Part shown: piece after piece, positions 40,383 through 52,189 of the stretch | Numbering within the stretch: the first letter of the stretch is position 1 | How the letters are laid out: every line of letters starts with the position of its first letter | Assembly: GCF_001194135.2 (NCBI RefSeq) | Contig: NC_068984.1 | Span: forward strand, 2,663,709 to 2,727,708 | Origin: Octopus bimaculoides | Lineage: Eukaryota | Direction: 5' to 3' | Length of the DNA: 64,000 nucleotides | Made by a program: the position numbers and the translations under genes | Notes under the pieces: generated by a model | What the model saw: only the letters and a program-made list of their open reading frames with translations | Told to the model about the DNA's origin: nothing | Database searches by the model: none

Positions 40383-40450
40383 TCTATTACATAAAAGTCA
40401 ATGTCTGACAGACAGACAGACAGACAGACACAGACACACACACACATCAA
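40383..40450 (+). mobile_element. Second Helitron-like 5' end fused directly to the previous CTAG
   Basis: TCTATTACATAAAAG followed by (GACA)n. Confidence 0.45.
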
Positions 40451-40562
40451 TGTTTGTTTTTAGGTTCAATTATAATAAAACAATTGCAGCGTGGAAGGTG
40501 TTTATGAGCCATTTAAAATAACACACAAAATCCGTTAGATTCACTTCAACATTTAAATTTAA

Positions 40563-40613
40563 TTTGTCAAAATATTTTCGTCGCTTTGAGACCGCGACCT
40601 GTTCACTGACAAA
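40563..40613 (-). ncRNA. Minimal type I hammerhead ribozyme with G3-C8 core and one extra G after A9
   Basis: Minus strand reads TTTGTCA-GTGAACA-G-GTCGC(GGTCTCAAA)GCGAC-GAAA-ATAT-T-T-TGACAAA: stem I 7 bp, stem II 5 bp, palindromic AATATT helix III. Confidence 0.7.
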
Positions 40614-41168
40614 ATTCTGTGCAGCACAGAATTTATTATTAATTCCATATTAAATATCCCTACATAGGACTTAAGTATTTGTACAGTCACGGTACCAAAG
40701 ACGGCGTCGTGCGACTAACCTGTGCTATGTTTTTGAAATGAAATCATTTAAGATCGTTCTAGGTCTACCTTTGACTATTTTCGGAAGCAGAAAATGTAAC
40801 AGATTCTTGGAGAATTTTTAAATATGAAACTATGAAAAAGCTAGTCTAAGCCAAAAGGACTAACAATCTCCTCCAACGATAATCGAGCATTTTCCGCTAT
40901 AATTTCTTTATCTTCGCTGGACATAACTATTTTTCATAATTATATTTCTCGCTTGGTTTATCCCAAGAAGCAGTAAATTTCGGTTCACCTCAAAAATGGC
41001 AACGGTCATTATTACTGTAATCCTCAGTTGATTGCGTTTCAATCGTGTAGAATTCACTTACTCTCATAGAAACGTTTAGACAAACATAAACACACACACA
41101 CACGTACACACACACGCGCACATACACTTATATATAAGAATGTATATGTGTGCGTGTGTATATACGTT

Positions 41169-41202
<34 letters not shown>

Positions 41203-41261
41203 CGTGTGTGTGTACATTATATACGCGATCGCTAGATGTCAGTATATATGTATATGTATAC

Positions 41262-41301
<40 letters not shown>

Positions 41302-41321
41302 ATATCTATCTATCTATCTCT

Positions 41322-41362
<41 letters not shown>

Positions 41363-41396
41363 TATATTTATGTATATACATTTATATATGCATTTC

Positions 41397-41474
<78 letters not shown>

Positions 41475-42458
41475 TGTATGTGTCTATGTGATTGTTTCTC
41501 GCTGTAAGAGAAACGGATATTTATCGCATTAACCCTCGAGTAACTATTTTCTTCAACCTTCTGCTCTATAATTTAAACAAAATAGTTATTCATCCGCGTC
41601 ATACCGAAACTGTCAACTTATCCAATCACACTTCACCCTCTGTATTTCCGGACAACACCTTCCTTTCTATATCTTTCTTGGCAACTCGTACTCGCTTTTG
41701 TCTCATGTCTCAAGTATTCTCTGCCAATTTAACTTCAAGATAACAATTATTATCAAATATACACTTAATTACCATACTGTTAGATACATATAGATTACAC
41801 CTCCAGAAGAGCTGACAGCGTACATATGTATGTACATATGTGCGTATGAATATGTACGTATATAGTCCCTGTAGCCACTTCCGTACTATAGATTCATAAC
41901 CGTCTACCACAGACACTGTTGTAGTTTTAGTTGTTATTGCAAAAACCAAGATGGTAGTGTTTCTTGTGATGTATTATGCCGCTCTGATCTGGCTGGTGCC
42001 TTAAGAAGCGATAGTAAAATATTCACACAATGTCTGCCAGTTGACAGTAACTCTATCACTCCGATCACTAACGCTATGTATCTTTCTGACAAACTGCTTA
42101 TTGAGAGATGACCGTGTTGGCTCGTTCAGTCGTCGAGAGCGAGAGAGGTGGAGAGTTGGATCCCTCTCGAAGTATATTTGTGAAAAAGGAAAAATGCATT
42201 AGATAAAATAGCTTTAGATACTTTATACATGAATAAAAGACGGAATAGCCGTGGCCACAACGCCAGAACTATGCTTGAACAAAGGGGGAAGATCTGGGGT
42301 AAGCAAGCTTCCACAGTTGTTGCTGCTTCTGTTTTTGTAATAGTAATTGGTAGTGAAGCTTCTCTTGCTGCTCTTTGTTTTCTAGTCGTTGTTATTGGTA
42401 GTGTTGTTGTTGCTGTGATTGTGGTGTTATCTGCAGTGCTGGCTTTCTTCCTACTCAC

Positions 42459-42523
42459 TTGTGTTGTAGACGGTCTTCAAGTGTTACTCCCACATGTGTA
42501 GCATCTAGGTCTTCCGCAATAAC
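42459..42523 (-). CDS. Candidate 65-nt exon (VIAEDLDATHVGVTLEDRLQH in phase 0)
   Basis: Branch-like CTGAC, CTTCAG| acceptor and CAA|GTGAGT donor. An alternative frame gives GYCGRPRCYTCGSNT*. Confidence 0.35.
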
Positions 42524-42844
42524 CTGAAGCTAGAGTCCATACGTCAGTTCAATAAATCAGGAATCTTGACGCATCTTTCCGGTCTTAAATGGATTAAGAT
42601 CGCCAGCTCAAGCCAGTTTTCTTTTCGATATTGTTTTTAAAATAGAGTCGGGTGCTCGACCTTTCTATTCCGATACATGCCATCACCCACAGGATGTTTA
42701 ATTCTGATGGTTATTGTGTTATTTTGACGTTTACCATTCGACACCCAAAGTGTATGGAACGGAGGAGTAGATCGTTTGCATACGGAGAGGCAATGCAGTA
42801 TTTCTAAAGCAGAGTTTCTCTAAGCAGATTCATTTCCACACAAT

Positions 42845-43518
42845 TATAACCGCTCAGGAACAAGTCATTAAGATGGATCTGATATAAGCAAAGACCGTCA
42901 AAACTCAATCAGACAGCAAGTGAAGAATGTGCAGGAAAGAATACAAAAGTATCAATCATCTCTTGTGTGAGAGCAGTAGCTATCACAGAAATAATGTAAG
43001 CACAGACATGACTGTGTAGGTAAAAGAGTGCATTCGGATGGTGCTAGAGTGAGAGGCTTCTAAACAACATGAAAGTGGTGTGGACTCGAACCAGAGGCTG
43101 TGGAGAAAACGAGAATTACAGGATATTGTGGGACTTCCCCATAAAGACTGACCACACAACTGAAGTGAGAAGACAAGACATAATTATAAAGGACGAAATA
43201 AAGCGTGTAATAGTGTCGATTTTTACAATTCCTTGTGATAACAGAATGGATAGCAGAGAAAACAAGGCTGAAGGTTACCTAGAGGGTGGAACAGACAGTC
43301 GAAGAGCACAATTATTCCTGTGGTAATTGGTGCACTTGGCACAACACCCAAAATGCTATCTAAAAGACTGAAAGAGATTGGAACTGAGACTTGCACTGTC
43401 AACCTGCAGAAAAGTACCATCCTATATTCTGCCAGAATCCGCAGGCAAATTCTTGAGATTTGAGGTGATTTGTTGTCATGAAACATCAAGATAACATTCC
43501 TGCAAAATACAACAACAA
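42845..43518 (+). mobile_element. Second family of RLE-type (R4/NeSL-like) LINE, 3' relic
   Basis: TAQEQ..DSK*RMC, ENENYRILWDFPIKTDH...RRQDII, IPCD, IIPVVIGALGTTPK..LQKSTILYSARI.RQILEI*. Confidence 0.85.
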
Positions 43519-43678
43519 TTCTTTCTACTCTCGGTACAGGGTCTGACATTTTATGGGGGTGGGTGTTAACCAGTTAGAGCAATCCTACTGTTTGACTCGA
43601 AAGAATGAAAGGCAAACTCAAAATCTGAACATAAATCTGGAAGAAATGCCGCTCAGTATTTTATCCGGATAGCACTGT
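43519..43678 (-). mobile_element. Degraded SINE family 2
   Basis: GACTCGAAAGAATGAAAGGCAAA..GAAATGCCGCT..TATTTTATCCGG. Confidence 0.6.
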
Positions 43679-43709
43679 TATTATTATATGTACATAAATA
43701 CTATATATA

Positions 43710-44100
43710 GGCGCAGGAGTGGCTGTGTGGTAAGTAGCTTGCTTACCAACCACATGGTCTCGGGTTCAGTCCCACTGCGTGGCACCTTGGGCAGGTGTCT
43801 TCTACTATGTTCTCGGGCCGACCAAAGCCTTGTGAGTGGATTTGGTAGACGGAAACTGGAGGAAGCCCGTCGTATATGTATATATATGTATGTGTGTGTG
43901 TTTGTGTGTCTGTTTGTCCCCTCAGCATCGCTTGACAACCGATGCTGGTGTGTTTACGTCCCCGTAACTTAGCGGTTCGGCAAAAGAGACCGATAGAATA
44001 AGTACTAGGCTTACAAAGAATAAGCTCTGGGGTCGATTTGCTCGATTATAAAGGCAGTGCTCCAGCATGGCCGCAGTCAAATGACAAACAAGTAAAAGAG
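43710..44100 (+). mobile_element. SINE family 1, full length, the best-preserved copy
   Basis: GGCGCAGGAGTGGCTGTGTGGTAAG head with A and B boxes, internal (TA)/(TG) tract, and GGCCGCAGTCAAATGAAC-type end. Confidence 0.95.
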
Positions 44101-44340
44101 TATATACATAATACATATATATAATCTTATACACATAAACACACACACACACACACGCATACGTATACATATATATGTATAAACGTGTATATAGAAAACA
44201 CTATGAAGCGCTCAAATGATTTGAACTTACACTCCGAAACCTTTACCGAGGAACAAGTCCACGGAGTAACGAGTGGCTACAGGAACGAACCCAGGTGAGC
44301 AGATATGGAGACAGTGATACGAATAACCAAATAAGACTGT

Positions 44341-44760
44341 TTGGGTTTGATACACAAAATACATATACATACATTCATGTAAATGCAGAGAAAGCAAAGG
44401 CTAAACATTTCCAGACGATGAATATTCATGTATAAATATATCAATATTTATATATCAACAGGGTAAACTGACACACAGTACAAAGATAGAAGATTAAAGG
44501 GGAGAAGGTTTATGTATATCTTTGTGAACTACATCTGCCAACATTAGGAACCAATTCCGAGCCTCAGAAGCAGCTGTTGGAGATGTAACACCTTTTTACC
44601 TTAGAATTCTCTGTCTTTTGTATTCTGTGTAAGTTTGATCTGTTAACATACAAATATCGATATATATATTTATTCTTCAACATTCATCGTCTGAAACTTT
44701 TCAGTCTTTGCTTTCTCTCTACATGTATACACGTATGTATATTTTGTATATCTAACCCAA
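44341..44760. repeat. Diverged fold-back palindrome P5 (arms about 170 bp)
   Basis: TTGGGTT.GATA.ACAAAATA..AGAGAAAGCAAAG.CT.AA..TTTC.AGACGATGAAT.. pairs with 44590-44760. Inner stem TACATCT-CCAACA / TGTTGG-AGATGTA. Confidence 0.85.
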
Positions 44761-44784
44761 GTTTTCATTTCTTTATCTGCATCA

Positions 44785-44822
<38 letters not shown>

Positions 44823-45402
44823 NNNNNNNNNNNNNNNNNNNNNNNNNNNNNNNNNNNNNNNNNNNNNNNNNNNNNNNNNNNNNNNNNNNNNNNNNNNNNN
44901 NNNNNNNNNNNNNNNNNNNNNNNNNNNNNNNNNNNNNNNNNNNNNNNNNNNNNNNNNNNNNNNNNNNNNNNNNNNNNNNNNNNNNNNNNNNNNNNNNNNN
45001 NNNNNNNNNNNNNNNNNNNNNNNNNNNNNNNNNNNNNNNNNNNNNNNNNNNNNNNNNNNNNNNNNNNNNNNNNNNNNNNNNNNNNNNNNNNNNNNNNNNN
45101 NNNNNNNNNNNNNNNNNNNNNNNNNNNNNNNNNNNNNNNNNNNNNNNNNNNNNNNNNNNNNNNNNNNNNNNNNNNNNNNNNNNNNNNNNNNNNNNNNNNN
45201 NNNNNNNNNNNNNNNNNNNNNNNNNNNNNNNNNNNNNNNNNNNNNNNNNNNNNNTATATATATATATATATATGAGCGGTAATGGTGTCAATTAGACCCA
45301 GAAGTTTCAGGTAATGCTGAGTAAGAATGGACAATAGTTAAGCTCCAGGTGCGGTGATTATGCGAATAAGGATCCAACGTAGATCATTTATCAGCGTGTG
45401 AA

Positions 45403-45530
45403 TATAAAGATTTACTTTTCGTAATGAGATAAAAAACCAAGGCTGTGTGTAGTATGGAGCATCTATAAATGTTTGAAGATATACACAGCTTTGGTTTTTT
45501 TTTATCTCATTACGAAAACTAAATCCTTAT
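45403..45530. repeat. Fold-back palindrome P6 (arms about 47 bp)
   Basis: GATTTA.TTTTCGTAATGAGATAAAAAACCAAGGCTGTGT and ACACAGCTTTGGTTTTTTTTTATCTCATTACGAAAA.TAAATC. Confidence 0.9.
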
Positions 45531-46120
45531 ATGTATATATATATATTTAGATATATATATATATATAATGTATACATATATATATATGTGTGTGTGTGTA
45601 CACGCACACACAGACACACACACACACACTCATGCGCGCGTACACACACACACTCATGCGCGCGTACACACACACACACACAAATACACACAAACATACA
45701 CAATCCATTGCTAAAGTTTGGATGATAAAACCTTGTTGACATATCTCTGAATATAGTCGGTCTCTTCATCTAAAATTTTAATATTAAATTCACACAAGTT
45801 CGAGCAATGTTTTTCAGTCAAGATTTATAGACAGAAAAACCGAGAACTTTTATGACTTACATGTTGGTCATCATGGATGCCAGATTTGATGTTTGGCGAC
45901 ACTAAACCGAATATAACCACGGTTTGTATTGTCTTGCTTTCTTACTCGCAACATGTTTTCTATAAATGATTTATATATTGTCGCTAGAAACATTCTACCA
46001 TGTCCAAAGATGATATTTAGAATATCTATATGACTGTTTTTATAAACTTTTGTAAATTTTACTTATTATGTTAAACCATTTCTCTTTTTTTTCTCTCTCT
46101 CTCTATCTTTCTACTTACCC

Positions 46121-46199
<79 letters not shown>

Positions 46200-46949
46200 C
46201 ATCCATCTATCTATCTATCTATCTGTCTGTCTGTCTGTCTGTCTGTTTGTACGTATATATATATATATATANNNNNNNNNNNNNNNNNNNNNNNNNNNNN
46301 NNNNNNNNNNNNNNNNNNNNNNNNNNNNNNNNNNNNNNNNNNNNNNNNNNNNNNNNNNNNNNNNNNNNNNNNNNNNNNNNNNNNNNNNNNNNNNNNNNNN
46401 NNNNNNNNNNNNNNNNNNNNNNNNNNNNNNNNNNNNNNNNNNNNNNNNNNNNNNNNNNNNNNNNNNNNNNNNNNNNNNNNNNNNNNNNNNNNNNNNNNNN
46501 NNNNNNNNNNNNNNNNNNNNNNNNNNNNNNNNNNNNNNNNNNNNNNNNNNNNNNNNNNNNNNNNNNNNNNNNNNNNNNNNNNNNNNNNNNNNNNNNNNNN
46601 NNNNNNNNNNNNNNNNNNNNNNNNNNNNNNNNNNNNNNNNNNNNNNNNNNNNNNNNNNNNNNNNNNNNNNNNNNNNNNNNNNNNNNNNNNNNNNNNNNNN
46701 NNNNNNNNNNNNNNNNNNNNNNNNNNNNNNNNNNNNNNNNNNNNNNNNNNNNNNNNNNNNNNNNNNNNNNNNNNNNNNNNNNNNNNNNNNNNNNNNNNNN
46801 NNNNNNNNNNNNNNNNNNNNNNNNNNNNNNNNNNNNNNNNNNNNNNNNNNNNNNNNGAAAAAGCTTTTATTTAAAAAAACAAAAAAAAACAGACCCTCTC
46901 CCCTCCTCGCCTATTCTTCTTCACCCCTTTCCACACACATCCCAGGAAT

Positions 46950-47390
46950 CCTTTCAAAACTAGATCCCACCCATCTTTTATTACTCACGTTCACTCCTAT
47001 CCACAAATCATCTCGACTGTCCAGGAACACACTCTCTATTCAAAGTTCACTCCACAAGTGGTTCCAGCCCTTATTTAGACATCACTCCCTACTCTCGCCC
47101 GCCTAGCTCTCAGCATTGACGGTTTCCAGTGTCTTTGGTTCAAACTCTGTCTCTTTTACTTCCTCAATTATATTTGCCCCCCCCCCCCTCTGTCGGTCTT
47201 CGAATTCCCCAAACCAGTAGTTCTTTCGCCATATCTCCTCCTGCATTAACAACATGCATTTCACTTTTATCATCTCTGAAGTCACCATCCTCGCTGAATC
47301 CAACACTCAAACCCTTTTGGCCTTTTACACTCATACCACGCCACCAATGTTGCCAGAAAACGAATCTTTGGCAATTCCAAACTTTTTATA
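46950..47390 (+). mobile_element. Possible Penelope/Neptune-like RT relic
   Basis: Weak: NNMHFTFIISEVTIL resembles N..H..L.FT..IS. The strand is pyrimidine-rich, like 52190-52600. Confidence 0.25.
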
Positions 47391-47445
47391 CCATCCATCC
47401 ATCCATACATACATACATACATACATACATACATAATACATACAT

Positions 47446-48030
47446 AAAATGTCATCACGGTATTATCTACCGATGAGACATGACGTTGTAGCAAGGACAA
47501 TTTATAATGAAATCCATTGGAAGGATAATCCCGAGGACAAAGAAATAAAAAACCCAAGATGGTAGAAGCTATAGCCACTCATAATAAAAAGGAATAATGG
47601 TGAAATGTCCTAGTGAAGACCCCAATAAAATGTAAGCACAACAGATCTGATATAGTGATTTGGGATTGAGAAGGGAAACTCTGTACTGTTGAGGAAATCA
47701 AATGCCCAGCAGATGTTAACATAAAACTGAAGATCAGTGAAAAAGAGAACACCTACACTGAACTATGGAGACATCTGCAGTTACTCTATCCCGATTATAA
47801 GTTCAGGTTAATACCTGTAATTATTGGGGCACTGGGATATGTAACACACTGTCTAAATACCACTCTTGAGAAATTAGGCTTCGTAAAGCCATAAAGGAGA
47901 AAATTAATTCGAAGACGACAGATCCAATCCATCACTGGAACTGTAAAAATCTGTAAAACTTTCCAGGAGTTTATCATTTAAATATATACGAGCATGTCTA
48001 CATATGCAACAATATGCATGAGAATGCATA
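47446..48030 (+). mobile_element. 5'-truncated R4/Dong-type LINE, same family as 1-770
   Basis: YYLPMRHDVVARTIYNEI, KCKHNRSDIVIWD, EEIKCPADVNI..EKENTY, LIPVIIGALGYV..TVKICKTF. Flanked by (CATA)n on both sides. Confidence 0.9.
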
Positions 48031-50060
48031 TATAAAACAAAACATACAAATATGCACCTATACATGCATACATACATACATACACATACACACTTCCTCA
48101 TAATTGACTACTTTGTGGACTGGTAGCCAGTTCCGTTAGAGGAGCTTTTGTGATTGGTACACGATTCTACGAATTCAGTCCTATACTACTGAATATATAT
48201 ATATATATATATATANNNNNNNNNNNNNNNNNNNNNNNNNNNNNNNNNNNNNNNNNNNNNNNNNNNNNNNNNNNNNNNNNNNNNNNNNNNNNNNNNNNNN
48301 NNNNNNNNNNNNNNNNNNNNNNNNNNNNNNNNNNNNNNNNNNNNNNNNNNNNNNNNNNNNNNNNNNNNNNNNNNNNNNNNNNNNNNNNNNNNNNNNNNNN
48401 NNNNNNNNNNNATATATATACACATACATATATTCAGCAAAAAAGTACGCCGTCTGGTGAGGGATAAATATTGTTTAATTAAAAGTCACGATACATGTAT
48501 TAAAGTGCTACTAATAGTTTCATATGTTGAAAGAACTCAAAGACATCCTTCAGGCGCCAGCCACATATCATAACAAACTAAAGAAATTGAATAATAGAAG
48601 AAATGCGAAAAAATTGTGTGGAAGCAGCATATAGAAAATGCAGACAGTATCGAAATAAAAAGTAAAATTTGCGCGGGCCTCTGAGGTCGATGCAACGATC
48701 ACACGCTACACACGTTCCTTCCAAGCACTGTTGTAAACATCGAAAGTGAGCTAGAACATTAAAACTTAGTGGCCATGCATATCAAAGTTCAAGGTCAATC
48801 TATGGTAAGCGTCTTCACTCTGCGTACTTGAGCTTAGTTACTATGGCAACAGACTGGGTACTTATTGATCAGACCTCGTATGTATATATATATANNNNNN
48901 NNNNNNNNNNNNNNNNNNNNNNNNNNNNNNNNNNNNNNNNNNNNNNNNNNNNNNNNNNNNNNNNNNNNNNNNNNNNNNNNNNNNNNNNNNNNNNNNNNNN
49001 NNNNNNNNNNNNNNNNNNNNNNNNNNNNNNNNNNNNNNNNNNNNNATATGTATATATACACACATGTGTATACACACATACACACATAATTTGTTGGCAA
49101 TGTATTGTGCTTGAGTTTCGATAGGTTATTGATTTAAGTGAAATTAGTTTCCATTGATTTGTAAAGGATAATCACATCAGTAATTCGATTTACATATCTG
49201 AGAACACATTCCTCATCACACACTCACACACAAACACACACACACACACATACACAAACACACTTACATATATACACACTCGCACACGCATTTATGTAAA
49301 TGCCTACACCTACCCACCCACACATACACACACGCACACACAAATATATCTCTGTACATGTACATATAGGTGCATCCATCAACAGAGAATCTCTCTCACG
49401 CACAAATACTCGGACACACACATATAGACATATTCGAATATGAAACGTAAAGCCTGTTTGATACAAATATAATGAGATAAATTTGTTAAGTCATGTTTGG
49501 TTTGCGGAATTGTTAAAGAGAAATAATAAAACGGAAAGTAACAGTGGTAAGTAGGTTTATAGAGGAGCTGAAAAGGAACTATCTATTGACGTCAATGGCG
49601 AATAACTACATACATAAATACATGTACTACGAACATATATACACATATATATAGCATAAAATATAGGGCGTTTTTGACGTTGCTCTGAAATGCAGTTATG
49701 CGAAAAAAAGTGCTCAATATTGTTAAGCAGAGTGAAATAATATTATTTATCCAAAGATGCGTTTCTATGGATCGCTTCTTGGAGTTTCACGGTTCCGGTG
49801 TTTAGGCGACTGGTAATGAGAATTCTAAGGCTTTCTTATATACATCAGTGATTTCTCAAACAGCTATGGTATACATTCATATGTGTGTGTGTGTGTGTGT
49901 GCGTGCGTATGTGTGTGTGTTTGTGCATGCGTGTATGCATGTATGTATATATACATATATACATATACATAAAGACATATATAAACCTATGTTCCTATTT
50001 CTTTCAGCGCTATCTCATTTGCACGAAGAAATATCACTTGTTATCGTCAACATATGTACC

Positions 50061-50147
<87 letters not shown>

Positions 50148-50855
50148 ACACACACATCTATAGGAATATCTACGTATGTATATATGTAGATATATAAATT
50201 TGATTGCGTTTATACTTACATACATACATACATACATATATGCAAATATACATAATATACACATGCATATATACATATATATATGTGTGTGTGTGTATAT
50301 GTATAATATATATATATTATATTAAAGGAAAGAGAGGGGAGTAAGAGATAGTGTGTGTGTGTGTGAGAGAGAGAATATTAGAAAGAAGAAAAAAAATGAA
50401 AGCAATGAAGCAAAGAGCTTTTGCCTTTTATAATTTTCTTGGTTTGTTAAATTCTCAATTACAAAATGTCGTTTTCAAAAATAAATGAAATTAAAGAAAG
50501 CAATCAGCTTTACCGGAACCGGAACACCACCACCTATCTGACTCCTCAGATTCATTCGTAGTTATTATAATCAGACTAAAAATTGTTCTATAGACTCATT
50601 ACTAACTTAGTCGATAGTTGAATAATTTCTTTTATTGCTAGAGGTGTTAAGAACACTCTGCTGAATAGCAATACATCTATTAACCAAATCGTCGAGCTTC
50701 GTGTAATATGTGTTTTAAATAGAGCATAAAGTCACAAATAGAAGCCTTTTTTTAACGTCGTACAAGGCTTCCACTTAGAATATGAGGGGTTTGATGCTAA
50801 TTCTACCCCTACGCAGCTAAATTCTAAAGATTCTGCAGCGTAATCAAGGTTTTAC

Positions 50856-50969
50856 TGTGTCTGCCTTGACTTTGTTAAAGCATTTCTCAAGATCTGTCGA
50901 GGGATCTTCCGTCAGGAGATGAGAAATGCTAGCTTGATGAGAAAGTGGGGAATTTCGTCCTTTGGTTTC
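50856..50969 (-). CDS. Candidate 114-nt exon (ETKGRNSPLSHQASISHLLTEDPSTDLEKCFNKVKADT)
   Basis: Strong acceptor TTTTAACTTCTGTCTTTCAG|, an open phase-0 frame, and a weak donor ACA|GTAAAA (read-through would end in VKP*). Confidence 0.3.
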
Positions 50970-51350
50970 CTGAAAGACAGAAGTTAAAAAGGAGACGTTT
51001 AAATGATTCAATAGTCATGAAATCTGTGAAAATAAATATACCGTTAGGTGTTTTGTGTCCCCTTTTGTTTGTTATAACATTATCACACATAGACAAAAGT
51101 CTACAATCGGCAAAAGATATTAATTCTAGAAATAATAGCAAGCAGTGATATCTATACGCCATTGAACAAGATCTACGCTCATTATACAACCGCGCTACTG
51201 ACAATAACGTTATCCAATGTCACAAAATTGCATGAAGTCCGTTACAGAAAATATAATGTTCTACTTTGACCAAAACAAGGAAACACATCAAAATACGTTC
51301 TTGACCTAAACATATCTTATGACTGTAGATGGAGTTATTTAAATATTCGT

Positions 51351-51768
51351 TTACTTGTCTCAGTCATTTGACTGTGGTCATGCTGGAGCAATGCCTTTAG
51401 TCGAGCAAATTGACCCCAGGACTTATTCTTTGTAAGCCTAGTACTTATTCTATCGGTCTCTATTGCCGAATCGCTAAGTTACGGAGACGTTAACACACCA
51501 GCATAGGTTGGGGGACAAACACAGACACACAAATACACATACATACATACATACATACATACATACATACATACATAATACATACATGCATTTATATATT
51601 ATATACGGCGAGTTTCTTTTCAGTTTCCGTCTACCAAATCCACTCACAAGGCTTTGGGCAGACCGAAGCTATAGTAGAAGACACTTACCCAAGGTGCAAC
51701 GCAGTGGGACTGAACCCGGAACCATCGGTTGATAAGCAAGCTACTTATCACACAGCCACTCCTGCGCC
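51351..51768 (-). mobile_element. SINE family 1, full length, with internal (CATA)n
   Basis: Ends in CACAGCCACTCCTGCGCC, the reverse complement of the head. Tail TTACTTGTCTCAGTCATTTGACTG. Confidence 0.95.
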
Positions 51769-51879
51769 TATATCCATAAACTGTTGACAAATTATTATGA
51801 ACTCAATAAGTGAGCATTGAGAAGTGTTAGTCTGAAGGAGAGTGACTCTCACATTGAGTAACTTATCATAAGTAAGGTT

Positions 51880-52180
51880 TCCAGGTAACATTGGGCCTAA
51901 ATCACTTGATCACAGTATCGATCAGACTATCATTTGACGTTATACATCGCTGGACACAATGCGCTTCACATTGTTTTAGCCTTCGAATGATGTCATCCCG
52001 CTGGCTAGGCGAACAGGCCAAGGGCCTACATACCAGCTGCAAAATCGGGGATCACTGGGATCATCTCTGTGTATTACATTTGTCTTCTATGAAGCCAATG
52101 AAAATGAGACATTAAAATATTACATGTGGTGACCCTTCCCTAAAAAAAAGAAACCCCAGGAAACAAGTCCAACAGGGAGT
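51880..52180. repeat. Unclassified repeat-like segment
   Basis: Resembles a recurrent cephalopod repeat from memory only. There is no second copy in this window. Confidence 0.2.
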
Positions 52181-52189
52181 GTTATCAGA

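Noticed and set aside
43710-43790. tRNA gene
   Set aside because: A and B boxes are present, but there is no cloverleaf and the sequence continues into the SINE body found in many copies.
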